Assembly: GCA_964593365.1 (NCBI GenBank)
Contig: CAZQGQ010000004.1
Location: forward strand, 1-44,868
Source of the DNA: an uncultured Candidatus Saccharibacteria bacterium
Lineage (GTDB): Bacteria; Patescibacteriota; Minisyncoccia; Phycocordibacterales; Phycocordibacteraceae
DNA: 44,868 bases
Direction of reading: 5' to 3'
This document shows, piece after piece, positions 6,487-15,362 of this stretch. Position 1 is the stretch's first letter. Every line of letters starts with the position of its first letter. Under the pieces are notes generated by a model. The model saw only the letters and a list, made by a program, of their open reading frames with translations. It did no database searches and was not told the origin of the DNA. The position numbers and the translations under genes were made by a program.

Positions 6487-6591
6487 GACCAAGGAGTTTG
6501 GCGCAGTCCCCTAAGACTGCGCCGCTTCATTTGACTACCAGGGCCGAAAGGGTATACTTTTGACATCAGCGCCCAAGGGGCGTTTTTAAAT

Positions 6592-6777
6592 ATGAAATCA
6601 TTCATTAACTACCTCAAGAACGTCCGCGTAGAGTTGCAGCACGTCGTCTGGCCGACCCGCAAGACGGCCTTGATTCACACAGGACTCGTGATTCTCTTGT
6701 CTGCGTTTGCAGCGCTCTATATCGGCGTCTTGGACTACCTCCTTACCAGCGGCGTGGGCCTCATCATTGGCCAGTAA
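6592..6777 (+). CDS. secE: Preprotein translocase subunit SecE
   Basis: ELQHVVWPT motif, single TM helix, directly upstream of nusG. Confidence 0.93.
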   Translation: MKSFINYLKNVRVELQHVVWPTRKTALIHTGLVILLSAFAALYIGVLDYLLTSGVGLIIGQ

Positions 6778-6787
6778 TTTCTTTCCT

Positions 6788-7357
6788 ATGGAACTTACAA
6801 GCAAACCGCAGTGGAGCGACGATGCCGCATCAAGCGAGCCTCGCTGGTACACCATCCATACCTACGCAGGCTACGAGAACGCTGTTGAGCGAAACTTGAA
6901 GCAGCGCATCGAATCTCTTGGCATGGAGCACAAGATCTTCGACGTTGTCGTGCCAACTGAAAAGAAGGTCCGCGTCAAAGCAGGGAAGCGCGTTGTCGAA
7001 GAAGAGAAGATCTACCCAGGCTACATCCTGGTCCGCATGATCGTGGACGAGGATTCTTGGTTTGTCGTTCGAAACACGCCTCGCGTGACGGGCTTCGTGG
7101 GTTCAGGAACCACTCCTGTTCCTATGGAAGATTCGGAAGTAGCTTCCCTTATGAAGCGCATGGGTGCGGAAGCTCCCAAGCACCGCATCGACCTCATGAA
7201 AGACGACCCGGTCGTCATTAATGATGGCCCCTTCAAGGACCTTGAAGGCAAGATCGGGGAGATTGATGAGGAGCGCGGAAAGGTCAAAGTCCTCGTGTCC
7301 ATGTTCGGGCGCGAGACCCCCGTCGAACTCGACTTTTTGCAAATCCGTAAGCTCTAG
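6788..7357 (+). CDS. nusG: Transcription factor NusG
   Basis: WYTIHTYAGYE, YPGYILV, VRNTPRVTGFVG, KOW domain, FGRETPVEL. Confidence 0.97.
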   Translation: MELTSKPQWSDDAASSEPRWYTIHTYAGYENAVERNLKQRIESLGMEHKIFDVVVPTEKKVRVKAGKRVVEEEKIYPGYILVRMIVDEDSWFVVRNTPRVTGFVGSGTTPVPMEDSEVASLMKRMGAEAPKHRIDLMKDDPVVINDGPFKDLEGKIGEIDEERGKVKVLVSMFGRETPVELDFLQIRKL

Positions 7358-7380
7358 CGTAGAGTCCTTAACACATACAT

Positions 7381-7800
7381 ATGGCTAAAGTAGTAAAGAA
7401 AATCAAACTTCAGATTCCCGCAGGTAAGGCAACCCCGGCGCCGCCAGTCGGTACCGTGCTCGGCCCCGCAGGCGTTAACATCGGCGACTTCGTGAACAAG
7501 TTCAACGAAGCTACCCGCGACAAGATGGGGGACATCATCCCGGTGGACCTTACCGTCTACGATGACCGCACCTTCAGCTTCGTCTTGAAGACTCCTCCTG
7601 CTTCTCGCCTTATTTTGAAGATCCTCGGACTTGATAAGGGCTCACAAAAGCCAGGCTCAAAGAAAGCAGCAACGCTCTCTAAGGCGCAGGTCCGCCAGGT
7701 AAGCGAACAGAAGATGCCGGACCTTTCCGCAAGCTCTCCTGAAGCTGCCGACCGCATCATCGAAGGAACGGCTCGCTCGATGGGAATCGACGTTAAGTAG
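7381..7800 (+). CDS. rplK: 50S ribosomal protein L11
   Basis: KLQIPAGKATPAPPVG, KTPPAS, GTARSMGI. Confidence 0.97.
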   Translation: MAKVVKKIKLQIPAGKATPAPPVGTVLGPAGVNIGDFVNKFNEATRDKMGDIIPVDLTVYDDRTFSFVLKTPPASRLILKILGLDKGSQKPGSKKAATLSKAQVRQVSEQKMPDLSASSPEAADRIIEGTARSMGIDVK

Positions 7801-7833
7801 CATTCGGCCCTCTGGCCGGTTAGACTTTCTATA

Positions 7834-9612
7834 GTGAAAGATTTCCTCGGAATGAACGAGGTAGTCGTCCGGTATACCAACTGGCAGCTGCTTCGCGACG
7901 TAGCGACATTCATCCGGCCGTACCGCTGGCGTTTTTGGTTTGCCTCACTATGTCGTCTTGTCGGCGACCTCGTGTGGCTCTACCCGCCTTTTGCGCTTGC
8001 GGCGATCATCGCCTTCCTGGCCGAGTATGAGCCGGGCATGTCTGCCCAGCCTCTTATCACTATCGTGCTCTTGTGGGCAGCAGCAATGGTCATTCGCTCC
8101 GTGGCTCAGTTCACTGCTAAGTACATCGGATACCAGATTGGGGAAAAGATAGCGATTGAGTCGTCCTTAAAGACGCTCCGCCACCTGTTCCTTCTTGATA
8201 TGCGCTGGCATGAGAAGGAGAACTCAGGCAATAAGATAAAGCGCATTCAAAACGCGAGCGCTGGCCTCGACCGCGTCGTTCGCATTTGGTTTAACAACCT
8301 CATTGAAATCGCCGTCAACTTCGTCGGTATCTTTATCATCCTTTCGCAGATCGATACTCTAGTTCTTGGCCTTCTTTTCGTGCTTATGGTTCTTTACTTC
8401 GTTATCTCATACGTGCTGACACGCAGGGCAAGCGCAGCCATCTATATCGTGAACGCCCAGGAGGAAGTGGTAAGCGGCCTCCTGTTCGAGGCTATTAACA
8501 ACATACGAAGCGTGAAAGTCATGGCGATGGCCGGGGCGCTTTTCAAGATCGTACAGGCCAGCACCGAGGACCTGTTCGGGAAGATCCGGACCCGCGTCTC
8601 TCGGTACCAGACGCGGAACTCGGTGCTTATGTTCTGGGGACACGGATCAAGGCTGATTATTTTCAGCGTCATCATCTACGGGATCTTAAACGGGCGCTAT
8701 GAGCTCGCCTTCCTGGTTCTTTTTAACGGCTATTACAGCAACATTTGGGATTCGATTGATGAGCTCTCTAACGCGATACAGGAGTTTACGACCGCCAAAT
8801 ACAGCATCTCGCGGATGCAGGATGTCTTGGACGAACCTGTCGAGATAGGACGTGAAGAAGGTAAAGTCGCGCTTGCGCCTGACTGGAAGCGCATAACGTT
8901 CAAAGACGTTTCGTTCTCATACGGAGATAACGAAGTGTTGCAGAACCTTTCTTTTGAAGTGAAGCGCGGGGAGAAGGTCGGTATCGTCGGGCTCTCGGGC
9001 GCAGGGAAGTCGACCGTCTTTAAACTACTTCTCAAGGAACGGGAAGAATTCACGGGCGACGTTCTTTTTGACGACGTATCGCTCAAAGATATCCGTGCAA
9101 GCGACTACTTCACTCAGGTGTCAGTCGTTATGCAGGATACTGAGGTATTCAATCTCTCGTTGAAAGACAACATCACCATCACCAATCCAGATCAAGAAGT
9201 GAATCAGCCTCTTCTTGAACAGGCCATGGTGACGGCCCACGTTACAGATTTTCTTTCGAAGCTCCCACAAGGGCTTGATACTCTCATCGGGGAGAAGGGG
9301 GTAAAGCTGTCAGGAGGAGAGCGCCAGCGCCTTGGCATCGCTCGCGCGATATTCAAGCAACCTGAGCTTCTCCTTATGGATGAGGCGACATCGCATCTGG
9401 ATCTTGAATCAGAGGAGAAAATTCGCGATTCACTCCATACCTTCTTTGAAAAGGTTACTGCGATCGTGATTGCGCATCGCCTGACGACCATCCGTGCGAT
9501 GGACCGTATCCTCGTGCTTGAAGGAGGGAAGCTTATCGAGCAAGGAAGCTTTGACGAGCTCTACGCGAAGAAAGGTCGCTTCTATGAGCTTTGGGAGAAA
9601 CAGAAACTCTAG
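7834..9612 (+). CDS. ABC exporter, fused permease and ATPase (MsbA/multidrug type)
   Basis: N-terminal TM domain, Walker A GLSGAGKST, LSGGERQR, DEATSHLD, IAHRL. Confidence 0.93.
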   Translation: MKDFLGMNEVVVRYTNWQLLRDVATFIRPYRWRFWFASLCRLVGDLVWLYPPFALAAIIAFLAEYEPGMSAQPLITIVLLWAAAMVIRSVAQFTAKYIGYQIGEKIAIESSLKTLRHLFLLDMRWHEKENSGNKIKRIQNASAGLDRVVRIWFNNLIEIAVNFVGIFIILSQIDTLVLGLLFVLMVLYFVISYVLTRRASAAIYIVNAQEEVVSGLLFEAINNIRSVKVMAMAGALFKIVQASTEDLFGKIRTRVSRYQTRNSVLMFWGHGSRLIIFSVIIYGILNGRYELAFLVLFNGYYSNIWDSIDELSNAIQEFTTAKYSISRMQDVLDEPVEIGREEGKVALAPDWKRITFKDVSFSYGDNEVLQNLSFEVKRGEKVGIVGLSGAGKSTVFKLLLKEREEFTGDVLFDDVSLKDIRASDYFTQVSVVMQDTEVFNLSLKDNITITNPDQEVNQPLLEQAMVTAHVTDFLSKLPQGLDTLIGEKGVKLSGGERQRLGIARAIFKQPELLLMDEATSHLDLESEEKIRDSLHTFFEKVTAIVIAHRLTTIRAMDRILVLEGGKLIEQGSFDELYAKKGRFYELWEKQKL

Positions 9613-9614
9613 GC

Positions 9615-10109
9615 CTACTTTTCAAGTGTGATGTATTTAAACTTCGTGCCCTCGTGCTCGTGCTCTTCCTGCTCGATTATTTTCGTGAACTGCGCATAGT
9701 CAGGGAAACGAACGTCTCCCTCGGTATCATCATCGACAAGCGTTAGATAGAGCCGCTCCGCATGCGGGAGGCCTTCGGTGTATATCTCACCACCACCGAT
9801 TATAAAAATCTCATCGTTTCCTTTGGCGGCCTTGGCTTTCTCGATCGCTTCTTCCATGGAAGGGACGAGGATTGCGCCAAGCGCCTGATAGTCTGCTTGG
9901 CGGGTTATGACGATGTTGGGTCGGTCGGGAAGGGGACGACGTCCAGGCGGTAGCGACTCCCAGGTCTTTCGTCCCATGATGATCGGGTGGCCCTTGGTTA
10001 TCTCGCGAAAGCGCTCAAGGTCCTTCGGGATCTTGAACAGAAGGTCGTTATCTTTGCCAAGCGCCCGGGTCCGTTCGCCAATGGCGGCGATCATGTTAAT
10101 GCGGTTCAT
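9615..10109 (-). CDS. folA: Dihydrofolate reductase
   Basis: MIAAIG, IMGRKTWESLP..RPLPDR.NIVIT, IIGGGEIY, GDVRFP; start set at MNRINM. Confidence 0.95.
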   Translation of the reverse strand: MNRINMIAAIGERTRALGKDNDLLFKIPKDLERFREITKGHPIIMGRKTWESLPPGRRPLPDRPNIVITRQADYQALGAILVPSMEEAIEKAKAAKGNDEIFIIGGGEIYTEGLPHAERLYLTLVDDDTEGDVRFPDYAQFTKIIEQEEHEHEGTKFKYITLEK

Positions 10110-10113
10110 GGTT

Positions 10114-11232
10114 CTACTCAGCGTAATCTGCATTCTCTCCGTTTGTAACGATGCGCATGTCCCAGAGGAAGCCGCCTTCAAGGTCGCCGTTCTCATCAAA
10201 TGAGATCGTGGAGACTGAAACCCCGTTTTCATAGGTTAGCTTATCGAGGTAATCGCGTACGGCGTCTTTGTCGGTTCCGACCGCGTCAAACGCCTGCGCA
10301 AAGATCATCACGGCGTCATAGGAGAATCCAGACACTTCGCTTGCGGCACGACCCGTCTCTTCGACCACTCGGTCCGTGAAGTCTTGAGGAGCCTTTGAGA
10401 TAGGAAGGGTGAACAGGACACCTTCTGCTTCGGGAACATCGTAGATTTCATCAGTTGCAAACAGGTCGGTTCCGACAAGCGGCACGTTCACATTCGCTTC
10501 TTTTAATTGCTTGATTGCTGCGGCTCCTGTTTGCGGGAAGAGGGCAAGATATACCGCTTCTGGATTGGTATCTTTTATCTTTGCGACTGATCCGCGCACT
10601 TCAGTCGCTTCCTGAAGCGAGCCCTCAATGATCGTTATTGTTCCTCCGAGCGCTTCGAAGTCGTGGACGAACTTATCTTTAAGCTCGATGCCCCAGTCGC
10701 TGTTGACGTAAAGAACTGCGACATTTTTCTTCTGGAGCGTGTTGAAAATAAACTCTGCAGAAAAACCAGCTTGAGACGCGTCTGACGGATAGTTGCGGAA
10801 GATGTAGTCACCTACGCGCGTGAGAGAAGGGGCGGACGCACCGATGATGACCGGGACACCAGCCTCCTGTGCGATCGGAAGACCAGCACCTGCCGTTGGG
10901 GAGCACAGCGGCCCAACGATCGCATCAACCTGATCCACGCTAATGAATTTGTTGAATATTGTTGCGCCGGTAGCGGTAACGCAGCGACTGTCCTCGATAA
11001 CAAGTTCGACCAGGCGTCCGTCGATACCCCCTCGCTCGTTTATGTCCTTAACGGCAAGCTCTGCACCTCCGGCCCACGCCTCACCGAATCCCGCCGCTTC
11101 TCCTGTCATGGGAGAAGAGAGCCCGAGCTTAATGGATCCCTTGTCAGACGCCTGGTTATTGTTGGCATACAGGCCAAGGGCAATAAGGATAATAACGAGC
11201 CCGGCAGTAATAAGAAGCTGTGTTCGGTTCAT
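10114..11232 (-). CDS. Branched-chain amino acid (LivJ/LivK-like) substrate-binding protein
   Basis: IKLGLSSPMTG..A..G, DINERGGIDGRLVELVIED, YIFRNYPSD, YDAV; N-terminal TM anchor. Confidence 0.88.
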   Translation of the reverse strand: MNRTQLLITAGLVIILIALGLYANNNQASDKGSIKLGLSSPMTGEAAGFGEAWAGGAELAVKDINERGGIDGRLVELVIEDSRCVTATGATIFNKFISVDQVDAIVGPLCSPTAGAGLPIAQEAGVPVIIGASAPSLTRVGDYIFRNYPSDASQAGFSAEFIFNTLQKKNVAVLYVNSDWGIELKDKFVHDFEALGGTITIIEGSLQEATEVRGSVAKIKDTNPEAVYLALFPQTGAAAIKQLKEANVNVPLVGTDLFATDEIYDVPEAEGVLFTLPISKAPQDFTDRVVEETGRAASEVSGFSYDAVMIFAQAFDAVGTDKDAVRDYLDKLTYENGVSVSTISFDENGDLEGGFLWDMRIVTNGENADYAE

Positions 11233-11255
11233 GAGGAAATGATAGCAGTTTTGAG

Positions 11256-11597
11256 CTAGTGGAACAGGAGCGCCAGTGCAAGCGAAATCGTGAGAAAGGC
11301 AACGCTCGCCGGATATAAAAGCCGCGGGGCAACGGTGATGCCGGTCAGCTTAGAGGAGTAGTAACTAAGAAACGAAGAGTCGTAGTTGATCGCAGGATCC
11401 GTCTTCTTTCGAAAGAAGAATTCGAAGCGGCTGAGGAAACAATGCCCAAGAGCAATTTGGGATACCAGTGTCGCTGCAAGGATTCCTATATATAAAGGAT
11501 AGAGGGACGGGAATGCCCAGCCGAAAAGAATGACGAAGACAACAGCGAGATGGATGAGAAGCACAATCTCTGCAATGATTCGAAAGACGAGCTTCAT
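11256..11597 (-). CDS. Small membrane protein, DUF2784-like
   Basis: HLAVVFVILFGW and HCFLSRFE pattern, about 3 TM helices; ATGA overlap with the upstream gene. Confidence 0.6.
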   Translation of the reverse strand: MKLVFRIIAEIVLLIHLAVVFVILFGWAFPSLYPLYIGILAATLVSQIALGHCFLSRFEFFFRKKTDPAINYDSSFLSYYSSKLTGITVAPRLLYPASVAFLTISLALALLFH

Positions 11598-12052
11598 ATC
11601 GTAATGATACGTGAAATGCGATTTGATTCTTTTTGCACAACGCATACGACATCCATCGCCTGATCCCACGCCTCACGCCGTAGTGGTTCTTGTGAAAGCT
11701 GCTCTTCAAAGCAAACACCCACCCGAAGCCACTCTCGGGGAACAAAGGTAAGAAACCGATCATACCAACCGCCACCTTGCCCGTGTCGCGTTCCCGTTAC
11801 GTCGAACCGGCGTCCTGGTATGAACATGAACGCGGGATCAGTCCCTATGCGTTCGAGCGCTCGGCTTGCTTCTGTCTTTGGATCCAGGGAAGCTCGCGGG
11901 GCGATCTCGTATATAAGAGCGTCTTTAGGAAGGGATATAAGGTCAAAGATAGCCACTTCAGTCTGTAGTGGCACATACGTAACAAAGGCTCGGTACGAAG
12001 CTATAAGAGCCGACAGTTCCTCAGAGCCGTCAACGTTCTTGCTTTCCCTCAT
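11594..12052 (-). CDS. 5-formyltetrahydrofolate cyclo-ligase
   Basis: IPGRRFD..GTRHGQGGGWYDRFL, EAWDQAMD; start set at MRESK. Confidence 0.88.
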   Translation of the reverse strand: MRESKNVDGSEELSALIASYRAFVTYVPLQTEVAIFDLISLPKDALIYEIAPRASLDPKTEASRALERIGTDPAFMFIPGRRFDVTGTRHGQGGGWYDRFLTFVPREWLRVGVCFEEQLSQEPLRREAWDQAMDVVCVVQKESNRISRIITI

Positions 12053-12071
12053 GTGGCATATAATAACCGGC

Positions 12072-12635
12072 ATGTCAGTTATCGGTATTAAAGAGGTGGT
12101 CCGAAGAATCCAGGAAGAGGATTTGATCACTGGTCTTGCCGGACGCGACCTTTCAAACCCTGAGGGAACAGGAATTGATCTTCGCCTTGCAAGCGCACAC
12201 AAGATTACAGAGGGAGGAGCCTTCATCGAGGCTGATGGAGCTGCGGGCCTTGGAAAGCGTAAAGGTGTTACGACCGAAGAGGTGTGCAAGCTCAAAGAAG
12301 GAGACGTGCAAGATGAACTTTCAATAGGGCCCGGAGAATATTATTTGGTGCAGACAGCAGAGACGATCAAGACGCCGCTCGATCTTATGCCGGTCGTCTT
12401 CCCGCGCTCCAGCCTGTTCCGCGGTGGACTTCTACTGCTTGCGACAAAAACAGACCCCGGCTACGAAGGCCCTCTTACGTTTGGGCTTACAAACCTCAGC
12501 CCTTTTCCCGTGAAGCTCCAGATGGGTGCGCGTATCTGCAACATCGTCTTTATGAAAATAGAAGGAGAGGTCATTGGATATCGGGGACAGCATCAGGGGG
12601 GTCGTGTATCCTTTGGCGAAGAGACCCAAGTATAA
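12072..12635 (+). CDS. dCTP deaminase/dUTPase superfamily protein
   Basis: GIDLRL, FPRSSLFRGGL, DPGYEG, YRGQHQ; ATG 7 nt after TATAAT. Confidence 0.85.
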   Translation: MSVIGIKEVVRRIQEEDLITGLAGRDLSNPEGTGIDLRLASAHKITEGGAFIEADGAAGLGKRKGVTTEEVCKLKEGDVQDELSIGPGEYYLVQTAETIKTPLDLMPVVFPRSSLFRGGLLLLATKTDPGYEGPLTFGLTNLSPFPVKLQMGARICNIVFMKIEGEVIGYRGQHQGGRVSFGEETQV

Positions 12636-12641
12636 ACACCT

Positions 12642-13211
12642 ATGTTTCTCTCTGACATCGACATCAAGAAAGGCGTAAAAAACGGCAGCATCGTCATTAA
12701 GCCGTTCAAGGAGAAACAGCTCCAGATGGCAAGCTATGACGTTACTCTCGGTAACGAGTTTCAGGTGACTGATCGTCACTCAACCACGGCAATCGATCCT
12801 GCAAATAAGCTATTCCCCAAGACGCGCACGATCAAGGTGAAAGATGGAGAAGCATTCATCCTTCATCCAGGCGAGAGCGTTCTTGGAAAGCAGAAGGAAT
12901 TCATTGGTGTTGACCACGAGCATCTTATTTTGCTTTCAGGAAAGTCTTCGCTCGCTCGTGCAGGACTCGTCGTCCATAACACCGCAATGCTCTTCAACCC
13001 GGGCCATCATTTCTTTCCTACGTTTGAGCTCGTGAACACCAATAACGTTCCTTTGATTCTTCGTCCCGGTATGGAAGTCGCGCAGCTCATGTTCGCTCGC
13101 CTCACGTCAAAGACCTCCAAGGGGTATGAGACCCATGGCCGCTACGATAAGAAGAATTCAACTCACTTTGTTCCAAAGAGAAAGCCGGCCGCAAAGAAGA
13201 AAAAGAAATAA
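12642..13211 (+). CDS. dcd: dCTP deaminase
   Basis: LSDIDI, QMASYDVTLG, GKSSLARAGL, FELVN, VAQLMF. Confidence 0.88.
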   Translation: MFLSDIDIKKGVKNGSIVIKPFKEKQLQMASYDVTLGNEFQVTDRHSTTAIDPANKLFPKTRTIKVKDGEAFILHPGESVLGKQKEFIGVDHEHLILLSGKSSLARAGLVVHNTAMLFNPGHHFFPTFELVNTNNVPLILRPGMEVAQLMFARLTSKTSKGYETHGRYDKKNSTHFVPKRKPAAKKKKK

Positions 13212-13213
13212 CC

Positions 13214-14185
13214 ATGAATGATCGCCACCCCGAGCATCAGTATCTCGATCTCGTTCGTGAGCTTCTTGAAAAGGGAGACGAGCAGGTTGATAAAGGAACG
13301 GGTGTAAAAACGTACAGTGTCTTTGGGCGGCAGATCCGTTTTAATCTTGCCGAAGGGTTCCCGCTCCTTACGACGAAGAAGATGTTCTGGAAGGGAATCA
13401 TCCAAGAGCTCTATTGGTTCATTTCAGGAAACACGAATGTCGCTTATCTTACTCGCGAAGGCGTGCACATTTGGGACGATTACCCATACAAGATTTATGT
13501 AGAGAATGCGAAGAAGAATGGCCTGCTTGAGCTTGGGCGTGAAGCCTTTATCGAGAAGCTCAAGACAGACGATGCGTTTGCCGAGGCCCACGGCCATCTG
13601 CCGCATATCTATAGCGAGCATTGGCGTAAATGGCAGGCAAGTGACGGCCGTACTATTGACCAGCTTGGCTGGGCCATTGAAGAGCTCCGCAAAGATCCTG
13701 ACGCTCACAATACGCTCGTCACTTCTTGGAATCCGGAATATCTCTACAACATGGCAGCACCGGGGAAGGGAGTACGATTCCCGATCTGCCACAACATGTA
13801 TCAGTTGAATATTAAGGATGAAAAGGTGTGCCTGCAGCTCTACCAGCGTACGGCGGATGTATTTCTTGGCGTACCGTTTAATATCGCAAGCTACGCCCTT
13901 CTGACGATGATCATTGCTAAGATCCTTGGGCGAGAACCGGGCGACTACGTGCACACGTTCGGCGACCTTCATGTCTATGAAAACCATAAAGACCAAGCTC
14001 TCGAACAGATTGCTCGCGATCCAATGCCGTTTCCCCGCGTAAAGATTAGTGACGCGGTTACCTCACTCGATGCGTTCCGTCCTGAACATATAGAGCTTCT
14101 CGATTACGAATCCCATGGACCAATCAGGGCACCGCTTACTGTCGCTGGCGGATATAACGAGACGCTTCACGCGCCCACCTCATGA
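13214..14185 (+). CDS. thyA: Thymidylate synthase
   Basis: GFPLLTTKK, ELYWFISG, PICH (catalytic Cys), YQRTADVFLGVPFNIASY, GDLHVYENH. Confidence 0.97.
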   Translation: MNDRHPEHQYLDLVRELLEKGDEQVDKGTGVKTYSVFGRQIRFNLAEGFPLLTTKKMFWKGIIQELYWFISGNTNVAYLTREGVHIWDDYPYKIYVENAKKNGLLELGREAFIEKLKTDDAFAEAHGHLPHIYSEHWRKWQASDGRTIDQLGWAIEELRKDPDAHNTLVTSWNPEYLYNMAAPGKGVRFPICHNMYQLNIKDEKVCLQLYQRTADVFLGVPFNIASYALLTMIIAKILGREPGDYVHTFGDLHVYENHKDQALEQIARDPMPFPRVKISDAVTSLDAFRPEHIELLDYESHGPIRAPLTVAGGYNETLHAPTS

Positions 14186-14865
14186 TCGGGACACTCATCG
14201 TCATAGATGGCATCGACGGGTCAGGAAAAGCGACCCAGGCCAGGCTCTTGCATGAGCGGCTTGCCAAAGAGGGTATTGCAGCAGAGAAGATCGATTTCCC
14301 TCGTTATAACTCGCAGGTGTACGGCGAATTTCTTGGCGAATGCATCGCCGGTAAGCACGGAGACTTCCAGCACCTGGACCCAAAGATCATCTCGACCTTG
14401 TTCGCGCTTGATCGCTTCGAAGCACTGGATCAGATCCATGAATGGTTTGCACAAGGGAAGATCGTGATTGCTGATCGCTTCACAAGCTCGAATCAAATAC
14501 ACCAGGGAGGAAAGATTGTGGACGTCGAGAAGCGCACGAAGTTTCTCGCATGGGTGGACCGCGTCGAGCACGAGGTGTTCGGACTCCCGCGCCCAGGCGC
14601 CGTCATTTACCTTCGCGTTCCAGTCGACACGAGCATGGAGCTCCTTTCTAAAGAGCGCGAAGTTAAGAACCAGGCGCTGGAAGAAGCTGGCGCGGACCTT
14701 CTTGAGAAAGACAAGATGTATCTTGAGCGCAGTTTAGAATCTGCAGAGCAGCTTTCCAAGAACCCTGACTGGCACGCGATCGAATGTGTCGTTGATGGGC
14801 ACATGCGCTCTCCTGAATCCATACACGAGGATGTGTATACGATTGTTTCAAAAATGCTTGCATAG
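14182..14865 (+). CDS. tmk: Thymidylate (deoxynucleoside monophosphate) kinase
   Basis: IDGIDGSGKATQ P-loop, FPRY, ADRF. Confidence 0.9.
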   Translation: MIGTLIVIDGIDGSGKATQARLLHERLAKEGIAAEKIDFPRYNSQVYGEFLGECIAGKHGDFQHLDPKIISTLFALDRFEALDQIHEWFAQGKIVIADRFTSSNQIHQGGKIVDVEKRTKFLAWVDRVEHEVFGLPRPGAVIYLRVPVDTSMELLSKEREVKNQALEEAGADLLEKDKMYLERSLESAEQLSKNPDWHAIECVVDGHMRSPESIHEDVYTIVSKMLA

Positions 14866-14867
14866 CC

Positions 14868-15287
14868 ATGGCAAACGGAGCCGAACTAGAAAGAGGGAAG
14901 CAAAAGATGGAGTCCGCGGCAGCCGTTGCCGTGCTCGCAAACTACGGGGCTCTCATTGAGAAGAATCCAATCGTCGTTGGCGTGTATAAAGCCCAGTTCC
15001 GGTTCGGCGAGGTTCTCGTAACCTTCGAGCTCGGCCTTCAAGACTACACGGGAGCCGATCTCGTCATAAGCCACATGACCACACTGCCAAAAGAGAAGGC
15101 CGAACAAGGCTTCGGGAGCCAGGCGCTCACACGGGTCCTTAACTGGGCGGCCGCCAACAACCTGAAAACCATCCGTGCCGTGCAAGTACAAGAGGAAAGT
15201 ACGCTCTTTTGGGAAAGGAGCAGCTTTGTCCGGATGCCAGACCCCAACCCAACAAACGACTATATCTATACACATGCGGGCCAATAG
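14868..15287 (+). CDS. GNAT-fold protein
   Basis: QGFGSQAL (R/QxxGxG-like) and FWERSSF near the C-terminus. Confidence 0.6.
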   Translation: MANGAELERGKQKMESAAAVAVLANYGALIEKNPIVVGVYKAQFRFGEVLVTFELGLQDYTGADLVISHMTTLPKEKAEQGFGSQALTRVLNWAAANNLKTIRAVQVQEESTLFWERSSFVRMPDPNPTNDYIYTHAGQ

Positions 15288-15362
15288 GCACGCGGTATAC
15301 TGGAAGGCAATGGTGTAAGTACTCCTCGCTCGGGCGCTTTTAGAAACGTAAGGCACAGAACC

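Noticed and set aside
3321-6605. Identical 16-mer ATATGAAATCATTCAT at the starts of mscL and secE
   Set aside because: Both proteins naturally start with an MKSFI-type amphipathic helix in AT-rich start regions; probably coincidence.
15288-15362. Possible riboswitch upstream of glyA
   Set aside because: The region is short and has no recognisable ZTP, glycine or THF aptamer consensus.
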